Position numbers and translations under genes: made by a program
Notes under the pieces: model-generated
What the model was told of the DNA's origin: nothing
What the model saw: only the letters and a program-made list of their open reading frames with translations
Database searches by the model: none
Origin: the human T2T-CHM13v2.0 reference genome, Homo sapiens
Assembly (NCBI RefSeq): GCF_009914755.1
Contig: NC_060947.1
Direction: 5' to 3' (one strand)
DNA: 64,000 bases
Shown: positions 27,065 through 39,715 of the stretch, in pieces
Layout of the letters: each line of letters opens with the position of its first letter
Numbering within the stretch: position 1 is the stretch's first letter

Positions 27065-29884
27065 TCAGTGTATTTCAGAATAGAGAAATGACAGCTATAT
27101 GCATACCCTAACAACCATAATCGTGGTAGCCTGAATTTAAAAAATATGATAACAATGGAATAGTCTAACTCTTAAACAGTTTTTTGTTAAGTGCCTTGAA
27201 TGGTTCTTGTGTTTCCCTTATGTTTTTAAAAGGAATTTTATTTTTATTTTGAGTCTGCCTGGAATAAATACTTTATATTTACTTCTCTAATTTCATATAT
27301 ATCAATGCATGATTTCAATATCCATAAATAAAGCCCTTTGCTGTTCAATTGTAACACAGAATTAGGTGATTTCAAATGATTATTTGAATTCATAGCTAAG
27401 TGGTCCCCAATTATGTTAAAAAGTGTATACCTTAAATATACACAATAAAATTTATTTTAAAGAAATCTCAGAAGTTGTTCTAAATTATGCCTGCACCATT
27501 GACGGGCCTAGCACCAACCATTTCTCGTCTCATAAAATTCTAGAACTATTGGCTAATGTGCTGTTCTGGCAGGAAGAGGGGTGATCCAGGGCTGGGGCAG
27601 AGGAAGATGGCTCACCCAGTGGTCACTGGGTCACAGCAACCTCTTTGGTGGCTCTTCTCCAGCTAGAAAGATGCCCAGAATGGTCATGGAGCAACCACTA
27701 GTCCTACCTCTGGGCCACTTCTAAGGGACACCATGTATTACTACTTTTATTTTATTTTTTCCCTGAAGCCTTTGTTTCATGTATAAAGCTAGCACATTCT
27801 TGAGAGGTCTCTACCAAACTGGTTAAGGGCTTAGGTGGGGTCTCCTCAGCTTCCCACCTTCTTGTTGTTCTTGAAAGTAAGTGGTCTGGTTCTTCACACT
27901 TTAAGGGTCTTACTTGTCCCAGGACTCATTGCAAAGCGTTACCCAGAAGCTGTAATGTCCCCCTGTTCATCCCCTAATTACCCCTTCTGGTCTTCTGGTC
28001 TGGGGGGACCTCTTCCTCTGTAAACCTCCTATTAGCGCCTTTGATTTGTATATTTTCTAACCAAAAATAATTTTGATGTTTGATTGATACTGAATCTGTC
28101 TGGATCAATGATAATAACATTATATATATAATATATATAATATATCTATATATACTGAAAGCAGTCTACTGTTTATTTTTTGTTTCTTATAAACAATAAC
28201 AGTATATTTTAATTTTATTTTGCATGGTATCTGTTTTCATAGTAATTATGTCTAACCAGCTTTCTAGTCTCTATTAACTTTTTAATGCAATCATGATATA
28301 TTTATAAGATAGGAACAGATGAACAAACACTGTGGTACTTGCAGTATTTTTTAAGTGGCTGTAACTGTTAAGAATCAATGGGTATATTTAAAAAAATTCT
28401 CTGGAAGGGAATTATATGATACCTGATTATACATTGAACTCTGTTGACCCATCAGAGTAAAGGACACAATTGTACCAAAGATATGTGTTAATCATGGGTT
28501 CTATCTTTAGAAGTCAGGGCACCCTGGTAAAACAGTTTCTGACCTTCAGATTGTCATGTTTTATTTACAAGATCAGAGTGTGGCATACTTAGCTGTTATT
28601 GCTTCAGGGACTTTGGGGCCTGAACACATGAAGACATAACACAAAGGACCTTTTCTTTTAACCAGTGATCTTTGTATCCTTAGTAAGCATGCCCAGTGCT
28701 CAAAGCCATTGCAATTTCTCTGGAATCTGTAAAACAAATCAATTCCATAATTTAATTCAGTGAAGAAGAAAAATGTGTGTTTAACATGTAGTGATTCAAG
28801 TCAGATTAGAACGTTAATCTTTGGGGAAGAGCTCAGAGTTATATCTTTTCCCCTCACATTGAAAGGCCCAGGATTTTAAAATCTAAATTCCTGAGTTTCC
28901 TTGAACAATTGTTATATATAGTATAAATAATGGATTTCAAGGATTTATACAGCTAGTTAGATGACATATTCTATGAGGTAAACCGATGTGCATTATTCAG
29001 GTATTTCAGAGGTCTTAAAGTAAATCCAACAGATGATATGAAAATACAGCTTTTTTTCAGAACAGAAAATATCAAAGTTGTTACTCAAGTATTTGTCAGC
29101 AGAAGTAATTGATAACAGGATTATTTTTTATCTTGGCCTTTTCAAGGAGCTGCATTTTGTGATCACTCTTAAAAGCTTCTGCCATGAGCATTGTTACTTT
29201 AAATGGTCTGCTTGCTATGTTTAGCTACAAGATGGCTGACAAAGAACAGTGCACATGCTTGATAAACTCTTCATAAATTTATTATGAAGCAACATCCATT
29301 TGTCAGCTCTTGAGTCATTACTTTTGACATCAAGCAAAGATACAAATGGAAGGCGAACATAAAGCCCCTTCAATTATTTTAAATGACTAATATATATCAT
29401 AAGGAGGGGTTGTTAATGAGGGTAAATGAAATAACATTTGCTGGCAATATGATGATTCCTTTTATAAAACCAAGAAGGGGTGGTTAAAATGTGAAGTTGA
29501 TTAGAGTCTGCTAAACTACAGGTGATGAAATTATGTCAAAATAAATCTAGATTAAAAACCATTTTCACTGTGATTTTTTTCTAAATATCATTATGTATCT
29601 TTTATATACAATTTAATCAAATTCCTCATTTGCAGCTTCTGCTAAAATTACACTCAAATAATATCCACTGACTAGGCTTGTGCTAGGCATTGCTAAGGAT
29701 ATGATCTAATGCTCAGCAAACAGAATTTGGAATATATGGTTGTGATCATATGTTTAGTGATCTAGGGAAGGACCTGAATTCCTATTAAAATTCAACTCCC
29801 ATTAAGATCAGATTTTGTGGTTTCAATAAATCACTTTACAGATTATTGAGCTAATGTGGCCACATCATATATTATCCACGTCCA

Positions 29885-30200
29885 TTGGTCTCTGCCCTCC
29901 AGGATCTTAAATGTAATTGGGAAGACAAGATATACAGATATGAAAACTTAAATAATCGTTCGAGACAGTGATATAAGAGCTATCACAAGGCAATACATGA
30001 TTGAGTACCAAATGATGCCTTCTGTCTCTGAACCAGTGACATTTATTACCGCACACAGAAGAGAATGAGCCAAGAGGTGCTGCAGGAGTTCAGAGGCAAG
30101 AGAGAGGAATGTGGCCTGATATGCACAGAAGACTTCATGAAGGAGGTAGGGCTGGAGATGGTCCTTTAGGGTGGGTGAACTTTGCAAAAGGAGAGAAAGG
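29885..30200 (-). mobile_element. L2 fragment
   Basis: 'ggtctctgccctccagga', 'agacttcatgaaggaggtag'. Confidence 0.6.
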
Positions 30201-30295
30201 CTAAGTGTGTCCAGTAGCTCTGTGGTTTGACCCCAGGATCTAATTTACATTTCTTCTTGATTTTGTTCTTATCCTGTTACTATTCTGTCTATTCC

Positions 30296-31215
30296 TGTAG
30301 AACAGTCTGCTGACTGCTTAGCAAAATCCACATTCTCCTCTTCTTTCTGGGCTAGACTACATTCCCCAGCCTCCTTTGAAATCATGTGAGACTGTGGCTG
30401 ATTTCTATCCAATGAAATGGGTGGAAATCTGTGAATTATCTATTGCTGCATAACTGATTACCCTGAAACTTGGTGGTTTAAAGCAACAAACATCTATTAT
30501 CTCATAGTTTGAGGGCCAGGCATTCAGGAGCATATTAATTAGGTCAGTCTGGCTCAGAGTCTCTTATAAAGCTGCAGTTGAGGTGTGGGCTGGAACTACA
30601 GTCATCTGCAGACTTGCTAAAGGCTGAAGGCCCCACTCCTAAGATGGCCCACTCACATGGTTGTTGGTGGGTGGGAGGCCTTATGGGTCTCTCCATGGGA
30701 TTGCTTGAATGTCCTCATGATATGGCAACTGGCTTCCCTTAGAGCAAGTGATTCAAGAGACTAAGACTCAGCCTTGGAAGTCACACACTGTCATTTCTGC
30801 AATATCTTATCTGTTATACAGGTCAGCCCCATTTGCTGTGGGAGGGGGACTATATGTGATCATGAATACCAGGAGGCAGGATTCACTGGGGCCATCTTGA
30901 AAGCTGGCTACCATAGGATGTGCCATCTGCTATTTCATGCTTGGGCCATAAAAACCTCTCATGTGCTCCTTCAATCTCCTTTCCTGTTCTAGCTGGCTGA
31001 AATGCAATGATTCCCAGGGAAACTTGGAACCCATGTGTTGAAGGTGGTAGCACTTCCATCAGCCTGGGTCCTGAATGCCTGCAGGAGAATATCCTTTTGA
31101 TCCATGTACCTGCCGAGGACTGGTAAGTGAGCAAGAGATAAGCTTCTACTGTTTTTGAGTCATTGTACAGTTTCAGGTCTATTTGGTTCAGTAGTTAGTC
31201 CACCCCGACCAGTAT
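30296..31215 (+). mobile_element. MLT1J solo LTR, interrupted by MLT1F
   Basis: 'ctagactacattccccagcctcctttg' resumes at 30916 with 'cagcctgggtcctgaatg...gtgagcaagagataa'. Confidence 0.7.
30430..30915 (-). mobile_element. MLT1F-type solo LTR nested in MLT1J
   Basis: 'tatctattgctgcataac', 'ttgcttgaatgtcctcatgatatggcaactggcttccc', 'ggccatcttgaaagctggctaccata'. Confidence 0.8.
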
Positions 31216-31362
31216 AACTTTGATGCAGGGAATCTTTACAATGTCCTCCACTGAAGCAAAGTCAAGTGCTCTAGAATGTTGAGGTAATGAGTGACTATCT
31301 GTATTGCCTCCATTTCTTCTTTTTCTTATGGTTTTCTTTTTCAACAAGTATCTATTGAGTGC

Positions 31363-31835
31363 TGATATAGTTTGGGTATTTGTCCGCACCCAAAGCTCAA
31401 TTCAACATGATTTGAGATGAAAAGTAATGGCAAAACCAGCAATTACCTTTGCACCGACCTAATAATCCCCAGTGTTGGAGGTGGGGCTTGGTGGGAGGTG
31501 TTTGGATCATGGAGGTGGGTCCCTCATGAATGGTTTGCGCTATCCCCTTAGTGATGAGTGAGCTCTCACTCTGAGTTCACATAAGAATCCGGTATTTTAA
31601 AGCTTGTGGCACCCCACCTCCCCACTCTCTATCTTGTTCCTGCTTTTGCTTTATGATGTGCCTGTTCCTGCTTCACCTTCTGCCATGAGTAAAACTCTCT
31701 GAGGCCTCCCCAGAAGCTGAGCAGGTGCTGGTGTCATGGTGCTTGTACAGCCTGCAGAACCGTGAGCCAATTAAACCTCTTTTCTTCATAAACTACCCGG
31801 TCTCAGGTATTTCTTTATAGCAATGGCCTAACACA
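31363..31835 (+). mobile_element. MSTA solo LTR inserted in an L2 3' end (L2 about 31340-31925, minus strand)
   Basis: tgatatagtttgg...gaggcctccccagaagctgagcag...cagaaccgtgagccaattaaacc...ctaacaca. Confidence 0.9.
31420..31462. mobile_element. Half MADE1 (Hsmar1 mariner MITE)
   Basis: aaaagtaatggcaaaaccagcaattacctttgcaccgacctaa followed by TA is one Hsmar1 TIR arm. Confidence 0.85.
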
Positions 31836-31971
31836 CATGCCTACCATATATCAGGCCTTGTTCTAGTTGCAAGGGGCACAGCTGTAACAAGACAAAGTCC
31901 CTGCTTTATGGAGCTCACATGTGTAGTAGATGCCTCTTGATGAATGTACCCCAAATTTTAACTACCAAGTT

Positions 31972-32074
31972 ACCCCTGAATATGAACACCAGCAAACTGG
32001 TTATTCAGCAACAAACTTATTACTTACTTACTTGTTACTGAATAACCAGTTTGCTGATGTTATTTTTCAGGGGT
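31972..32074. repeat. Inverted repeat with 43-bp arms (38/43 complementary) and a 17-nt loop
   Basis: Left arm 31972-32014, right arm 32032-32074, compared by hand. Confidence 0.95.
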
Positions 32075-32164
32075 TCCAAAACCACAAAGGCATTAGCTGA
32101 ATCTTCTGACTCCATGAGAGTCTAATAGATTTGTGTTTCCCTACTTGTGCTCTAAGCCAGCACC

Positions 32165-32322
32165 CACACTTCTAAAACTCTAATGTGCACACAAATCAAC
32201 TGGAGATCTTGTTAAAATGGAAAATCTGATCAGCAGGACTGGGGTGTTGCTTGAGACTCTGCATTTCTAACAAGCTCCCAGGTGGGACTGATGCTGCTGG
32301 TCCATCACTTTGTGCAGCAAGG
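32165..32322 (-). mobile_element. MER5A1 MITE
   Basis: 'ctggagatcttgttaaaatg...tgcatttctaacaagctcccaggtg...gctgctggtcca'. Confidence 0.7.
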
Positions 32323-32485
32323 CTCTAAGGAACATTAGTTACTGGATGGTAAAGAAATCCTATGTGAAAGGGATTTCGAGTTCAAATAAATGAGAACATA
32401 TAGCCAAAGGGAGAGGCCAGGTCCAGTTGCCCTGGTTCCTGATCACTCTCTAATTTCTGGTGGCAGTCCTACCAGAAGCCTAACA

Positions 32486-32803
<318 letters not shown>

Positions 32804-33084
32804 AACATTACTTTCTACCATGGGTTCTGTGAGATAACCCTCTTCCCTTATAATAAATTTACTTTTTAAAATTTAACGAATTTAAGAGGGCTTCTGTAAT
32901 TTGTACCCCTCCCCACCCGTAAGAAAAAAGAACCTAGAGTAAAAAGAACCAGGCACAGGGAATGAAGGAGAAACATAGCTATGCTGCAGAGCTGAGGACA
33001 AGGTCAAGAACAATCAAGCTGTGAAGGTAACATGAGGCAGATGCCCCAGGAGCCCGGAATGCCTTACACACTTCTGCCCCTACT

Positions 33085-33300
33085 AAGCCTTAGTTTCTTC
33101 ATTGATAACAAAGGATTTTCTGTGAGAATCAAATGGAATAATGTTCTTGGATTACATAGCAGTGGTACTTTATGAATGTGGCCATTATATTTTTCTTCTG
33201 TAAAATATTACCTGCATGCTAGGGGTTTGTGAGGATAAAGTGGGATAATGACCATAAAGCAATTAGCAATTGGTTGGACACTCAACAAATGTTATCTACT
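33085..33300 (+). mobile_element. Two tandem MIR core fragments
   Basis: 'agccttagtttcttcat...gtgagaatcaaatggaataa' then 'tgtgaggataaagtgggataatg'. Confidence 0.5.
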
Positions 33301-33892
33301 GGAAACCAAGGTGGAATTAAAGGAGAAGAATTAAATGTTTTTTTTTCCCCAGATAGAAGAGAGCTGTCATGTTTGAAAACAGAAGTGAAGATATCCCTGG
33401 AGAGTTAGTGAAGGTCATTGATGGAAGCTCCAGGAGAGAGTGGGGATAATGGAAGGAATAAAGTTATCCACATCTCATCTTAAAGCTAGCATCTTTAATA
33501 CAGTATAACCAAGATGATTCCTGAAGGAATACTCCACCTGAACTCAAGAGTAGTTGCTTACCAAGAAGAAGCAGTTCAATTGTTCCTAAAACATATAATT
33601 TGTCTATCTGTATAGTTCGACTTTTAGATAAGGATTATAATTTTCAAATATTAACTATTTTCCATTTATGTATCTAGAAGGAACAGCTGAACTAATATAA
33701 AAGCATATGTTTTGTGGACATTGTCACATAATAGTTTGCCTATCCACTACAGCTCAAATTTCCAGGAAAAGATTGTTTCAGTTTTCAACCATTAACTTTA
33801 TCTTCCATGCCTATGTATCTTAGCATCTCCAAATCTTAAGCAAAGAGAGAAAATTAAAAAGGATGTAAGTTGTTCTCAAGGACATAATCCTT

Positions 33893-34028
33893 AGGGTGAT
33901 GGAAATGTTCTGTGTCTTGATTGTAGTGGGGGTTATACAACTATATGTGTATGTCAAAATTCATAGAGCTGTACAACTAAAAAGGGTGAAATTTACTGCC
34001 TGCAAAGGATGCCTCAATAAACCTGACG
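33893..34028 (+). mobile_element. L1M 3' terminal fragment
   Basis: 'gggtgatggaaatgttctg...tgtcaaaattcatagagctgtaca...cctcaataaacctgac'. Confidence 0.7.
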
Positions 34029-34439
34029 TAAATCAAAGCCAAAAAAACCCAAAATTCTTGAACACCTCCTCTGACATTGTGGTAGGGTACGTAAGCACAT
34101 AAAAAAACAGATTTCAGTCTTAAAGACTGAAATATGAAAGTAAAGTTCCAGTGTTATCATCTAAATTACCATAGAAAAATTTTCCTAGGACACTTCGTTT
34201 CTGTTGTGCCTTATCAGTGACAGCTCTTTGAACCCTTCGACCTGACCAGTTAGGAAAAGTACAAAGGAAGGGCCCTATCTTTTAGCCATCTTGTTGACTG
34301 GATGCAGAAGGAATACTTCCTTTAACCACTGGGGCAACAGTTAAGTTTGCTCAGATACAATCTCATGCAGCATGATGTTTTTAAGATAGTCTCTGTGATT
34401 TTCCAGACTCTAGGTTGTGCTCGACAGAAACTCAGCTCC

Positions 34440-34665
34440 TGCCCAGACCCTTGCCTAGCTTGCATCCTTGCTTCATTCAGGTCTCTGCTCAAATGTCCCT
34501 TGGCAGAAAGGCCTCCTTATCAGCCCTATTGCAAATGACCATATTTGTGAATTGGCTGCCTCTCTCACTAGACTGGAAGTTCCATGAAGGCTTCATCTTT
34601 TCTCTTAAGTTCCATAGCCCCAGCACTAGAGCAGTGTTTGGCATACAGTAGGTGTTCGCGAACCA
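34440..34665 (+). mobile_element. L2 3' fragment
   Basis: 'cttcattcaggtctctgctcaaatgtc', 'cactagactggaagttccatgaaggc'. Confidence 0.6.
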
Positions 34666-35079
34666 TTTAAAGTGAAGAGGAGAATCGATTGGCCTCTGAA
34701 TCTAAACCACAGTAAAAGGGAGGAATAATTAGAACTAGGGACTTGAATGCACGCAGAGTTCACTTTGGTCATTCACCTGCCATTCTCTCTGGTGTCTCCT
34801 TCCTACTCTCAATGATCCACATAGTGGCTGCCTTGGAACCTCCAGGCTTATCATATCACAACTCCACAATCAGAGGGGAAACAGTCTTTCTCGCTCAGCT
34901 CCAGGTTGCATAACCCCGGGAAATGTTCTGATTGGCCTGTCTCCCAGTGACATACAGAGGAGGCCAGGACTGAGCCACAGTGTATCTGCTCTTTTCCTCA
35001 TTTCTCACTCTCCAATCCTGCCTGCTCCATCTATTTTGGTGATGTTGCCCCAGTTTTAATAATGATGCTTTACAGCCCA

Positions 35080-35545
35080 TTGCAGATGCTGTTAGAACTC
35101 TGCCATTATCCCCCTGGATCCCTTTAGTATTTTTGCTCACACCTGCTTCCTGCATGACATGCATTCGCTCTCAACAGCAACACCTGCCGATCCTTGCTGG
35201 CGGGCTGCCCTAGGCTACTAGCACCTGCTTTGCCTGTGCAATAAGAGAGTTCGAAGTGCCTCTAGGGGTAGCCCTTGACTGATGACTGACAGCCTAGGAG
35301 TATAAACGCTGCAGTCCCTTTACTCATGATGGAAACAACTCTGAGATGTGACCTCCACATGTCCCCAGAACTCCCTCAGCATGGAGCCTAAGTTACCCTC
35401 CATGGGGATTTGCTGGATGCTGCACCCTTGCTTGGCCTCCTTCCCATCCCAGTCCCACTTCCCATTCTCTACTTGGGAATATCTACTAAATAAATAACTT
35501 TCACATGAATTTGCAGTCTTCATCCGGAGAACCCCACCTACAACA
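35080..35545 (+). mobile_element. LTR16-family solo LTR
   Basis: 'aacaactctgagatgtgacct', 'cagaactccctcagc', 'aataaataactttcacatgaat', 'gaaccccacct'. Confidence 0.65.
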
Positions 35546-35829
35546 AGCTCCATCTTTGCCCCTAGCTCTCCACCTATTTGTCATAAGATTTTTTTTGAGG
35601 GCAGGTACCTTGGCATAGTTTCCTGCCTCCCCTCCACACATATGCACTACAGAAATGTTTACTTATTTGCTTTTAATATGTTCCTATCCTTAGAGTTCCT
35701 TCCTATTTTCCAGGTTTCCCTGTTTCAACTATCATTGCTTCTCAGATATGCTAATTTTCTTGCTTTGCTTATTACTGATGGCTTGTCTATCTGCCCTCTC
35801 TAATTCAACATGTTAAACATTCCTAAGTC

Positions 35830-36091
35830 ATAAGTCAAATACCATATGTTCTCACCTATAGGTGGGAGCTAAGCTCTGGGTATGCATAGACATACAGAGT
35901 AGTATAATGGACATTGGAGACTCAGAAGGGAAGGGTGGGAGGGGGACGAGGGATAAAAACTATATATTGGGTACAATGTACACTATTCTGGTGACAGGTA
36001 CAATCAAATCTCAGACTTCACCGCTATACAATGCATCTATGTAACCAAAACCCCCTTGCACCTCAAAAGCTATTGAAATTAAAACAAAAAA
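35830..36091 (+). mobile_element. L1PB4-like 3' end
   Basis: 'ggacattggagactcagaaggg', 'cagacttcaccgctatacaat...tgtaaccaaaac...gctattgaaat' plus an A tail. Confidence 0.85.
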
Positions 36092-37344
36092 ACTATTACT
36101 AACATGGAGACAAACTAATTTCTTTGAAAAATGTAAACCATTTAAAAGGCAAATATTACCAAATCTATTCACCATCTTCCTTATCTGGCCTTGAAGGACT
36201 ATTTATGCACTATTTAACCCAGTTGACCTGACCAGTGGACCTGGTTTTCCACAGAAGTGGCTAGATTCTTTGAAGTTAATGTTGGACTTGATTTTTTAAA
36301 AGCAGGCCCTGAAAAATTTTAAAGGACTATATGTCCAGAATATTATAAAATCAACAAAAAGAAACATTCCTTGTATTTTCCTCTTATTTTCTATACCTTT
36401 CTTCTATGTTTTGCATTAGGTGCTTGCTCAAGATCTCAGTCATGCTTTGACTCAGTTTAACAGTCAAATCATTACTAATCGTACTACCTTTTCATAGTTC
36501 ACACTTCTAAAATATTAACTTGTAAAAGAAGGAATGCGATAAAGCCATCAGAACACCAAGTGGTGTCTTTATTTCTTAATCATTTTCTAAAACATTACTT
36601 AATTCAGTTGAATTCAGAGAAACTTTTAGTAATTCTTATCAGATGAATTTATATACATACCATTGTGGAAAATAAAATAACTTGTGAGCATCTTTGATAC
36701 AGCCTCAATCAACATTGATGTTGAAACCAGAGGCTGTAAGTTTCAAATAGCAGTTTATGAGAAAACATGGAGAGAAATTTTAAGATGTTGGCGTGAACAC
36801 TTCTGACAATGTAAAACACTCGGCTAACCATTGCCCTTTGCTTCGACAGATAAGAAGTTTAGCAAATATTTACATACCAGTTTTCACAACATTTAAGCTA
36901 AATTTTTACTTCTATGTATTGTCATTATAAGGTTTAACTTCTAAGACTGTTTACTAAAAAGGGCAAAGAGCATTTTTATAATATTGCAAGGTCTGTCTTA
37001 ATAACTCCAAAGACTGCTGACTTGTAACCCTGAGACTGAATGTTTATTACAGGAAGCTGCATGTTAGAATGTTTGAGGTAGAAAATTGTGCTTGTTTGCT
37101 TCAACTTGTAAACTACGTTTTTCATAAAAGGTTGATTTGACTCACCAACTCTTTGATAATTGTCCTACCATTTTTGACCTCACTGATCCAGCTCTAATTA
37201 ACTCAACAAATAAAAGAGAATGTGCAGATTAGTTTGGAATTAAGGACATAGCTGAAGGCATTCCTTGGGAAAAGTGATTTTGCCAACAAAATAAATACTC
37301 TAACAAAAGAATGTTAAAACACCAATACAGATCACATCACTCTT

Positions 37345-37735
37345 CATAAAACCCCCAAACTGGAAGCTATCCAAATACTGCCTGACAATAGTAGGTTGGA
37401 TAAATATACTGTGGTATATTTATAGAATGGAATATTATAAAGAAATGAGAATGCTCTGCAATCAGGCACAATGACATAGATGGCTCTCATAAACAAAATG
37501 TTGAGCGAAAGAAGCCAGACACAAATGAGAACATACCATATGCTTTCATTCATTAAAAGTTCAAAAACAGACAAAAGTAATTTATGGTATTGTGTTGGGA
37601 TAATGCTTATCTTGGGGTAGTAAGGCCTGAAAGGAGGCATAATGGGGGATTCTGGAGAGCTGATATGGTTCTATTTCTTGAGTTACATATTTATTTGAGT
37701 ATTTTTCTATATGTTATCCTTCAATAAATGCTATT
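37345..37735 (+). mobile_element. L1ME 3' fragment
   Basis: 'aatgttgagcgaaagaagccagacaca', 'aagttcaaaaacagacaaaa'. Confidence 0.75.
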
Positions 37736-37819
37736 AAAACCCCCATGCTATACAGAACCTTTATTTTCAATGGCGTTATCTACTTTCCAAAAGAATTTGA
37801 GTAGTCTTTCAGATCGAGG

Positions 37820-38330
37820 AAGGGTGCTAGATGCTGCTGTGAACGTTGATAAAAGCAGGCTCGGTCCTTAAAGACCTTGTGGTATGATGGGAGAGTGGCT
37901 TCAACATAAGGTGAATAAAGTAAGCAGAAGCTGCTCAGGTGGCGCAAAGGCGGTGCCTTACTTAGTCTGCGGATAGGAAGGGTCATGGAGGTCTTCCAGT
38001 AAGAGATGATGCTTGAGCCATGTCTTAAAGGTTATGTAGGCGTGAGCCAGGCAGAAAAGGAAGCAAAGGAGGAATTTCAGAGGGAGGAATTGTGAATGGG
38101 CGAATTATCGCAGGACATATCTACAACTGGATATGGCATGAGTGTTGCATACAAATAAAGAAGCAAAAAAGGTTAGCAAGGGCTTGGTCCAGAAGAAAAC
38201 TGTGCTCATGAGCTAAGGGGGTTTGGACTTTACTCTGGGATCAATGGGAAATTATTGAAAGGTTTTAAGCAGAGGAATGCTGTGGTCCTACTGGCATTTT
38301 TGAATGATCCTTCTGGTTGTGAGGAACCTG
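37820..38330 (-). mobile_element. L2 fragment
   Basis: 'ctaaggggtttggactttactct...attgaaaggttttaagcag'. Confidence 0.6.
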
Positions 38331-39529
38331 GTGGGTTCTTCTAGGTGGGTGGGTGAACTTGAACAGATACAACAGCACTCAAACAAGAATAAAAACAGAA
38401 GATCTGAGATATAACATGTTATGTGGGGTGAGGCAGGGAAACATTGGAAACACTTATTGAGAGTCTTATGTGATTAAAAAAAAAAAAAAAAACTACTCTA
38501 GGTCCCTGTGAAAGATATTAGCAGTCCAGGTAAGCCTACTGGTGGTCACTCAAAACAGCAGTGTTGCAATAGTCTTTTGTTCTAGTTTTGCCCTAAGCTT
38601 ATATCATTTACTTAAATATATCCATGGAAGCCCTCATTGCACAATTGTCCCGTGAGTACATCCAAAAATTCTGACCAGCAGAGCTGTGAATAATTACAGT
38701 TGTCTCCAGTGTCTTCACTTGTTTCAGGTTCCCAGCCCATGACCCTGTGATTCAGTATAGAGATGCTTCAAGCACCTCAGGAAACAGCAGAAGCATGTCA
38801 TCAAGTACTTTTCCACCCTCTAAATCAGTGGGTGAAATGTTAACCCACCAAGCTGGGGCCGTGAGTCCAGGAGGCTTGGTCTAATTATTTGTCCCAATAG
38901 TACTTAGCAAGTTATCTGTCAAAAAATAAATCTAGATGAAGATGATTCCTGTCTCAAATATGAGGGAGGGTGAAATACAGAACAACTTTTTACCCAAAGG
39001 CAATGTTAGAATTTACAGTTGGGTGCTCTCATCATCATATTTAGCAAAGGTTATTATTATTTTTTAACAGCAAAAGAAAGACTAATCCACAGGGTTTTAG
39101 CTAGGCATGATAAAGCAAAACAGAAATTGTGGTTTTGAAATCCAAGGCAAATAATGTGTTGATTTTAATGCTTTTGCTTACTTCTACAAACAAAAAAGTT
39201 TGCTGAGAAGTTAGTGATGAAAAACTTCCTTAGGTGTTAGGGTAGGAATAACATAGCTCTTCTCAGGTGCTTTGTTCCTCTCAAAACCAGGCACTCTATA
39301 GCCTATCTAGGCTAAGAAATTCTGCCCATTCTTATATACCAAAAAGCAAAATCTGCATGGAGAAGTGTGACATGAATCAATGTATTTTTGCTAAGGAGCA
39401 TCTACCCCATGAAGTCATTTTTTAATTAAGCTTTGAATGTAGTCAGTGTTTAGTATGCAGAATGAGAAGGAATCAATGACTTACAAAAGTTGATTTGCAG
39501 CATGGCATTTTGACAATAGCTGTCAGTGG

Positions 39530-39680
39530 TTTAAAGATAATTGAGTCAACCTTCTCATTTCCTGATAAGAACACTGAGGCCCAGAGAGGTTATGTCACAT
39601 GGGCCCAAGTTAACAGCAGTCATGGGGGAGCCTGGACCCTAGTGAAGTGGCTGCTGGACCCTGGGTTATTAGGTATGTAA
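39530..39680 (-). mobile_element. MIR fragment
   Basis: 'gataagaacactgaggcccagagaggtt'. Confidence 0.6.
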
Positions 39681-39715
39681 GAGTGTTATAAATATTGAAG
39701 CAAGCAAGACAGAAT

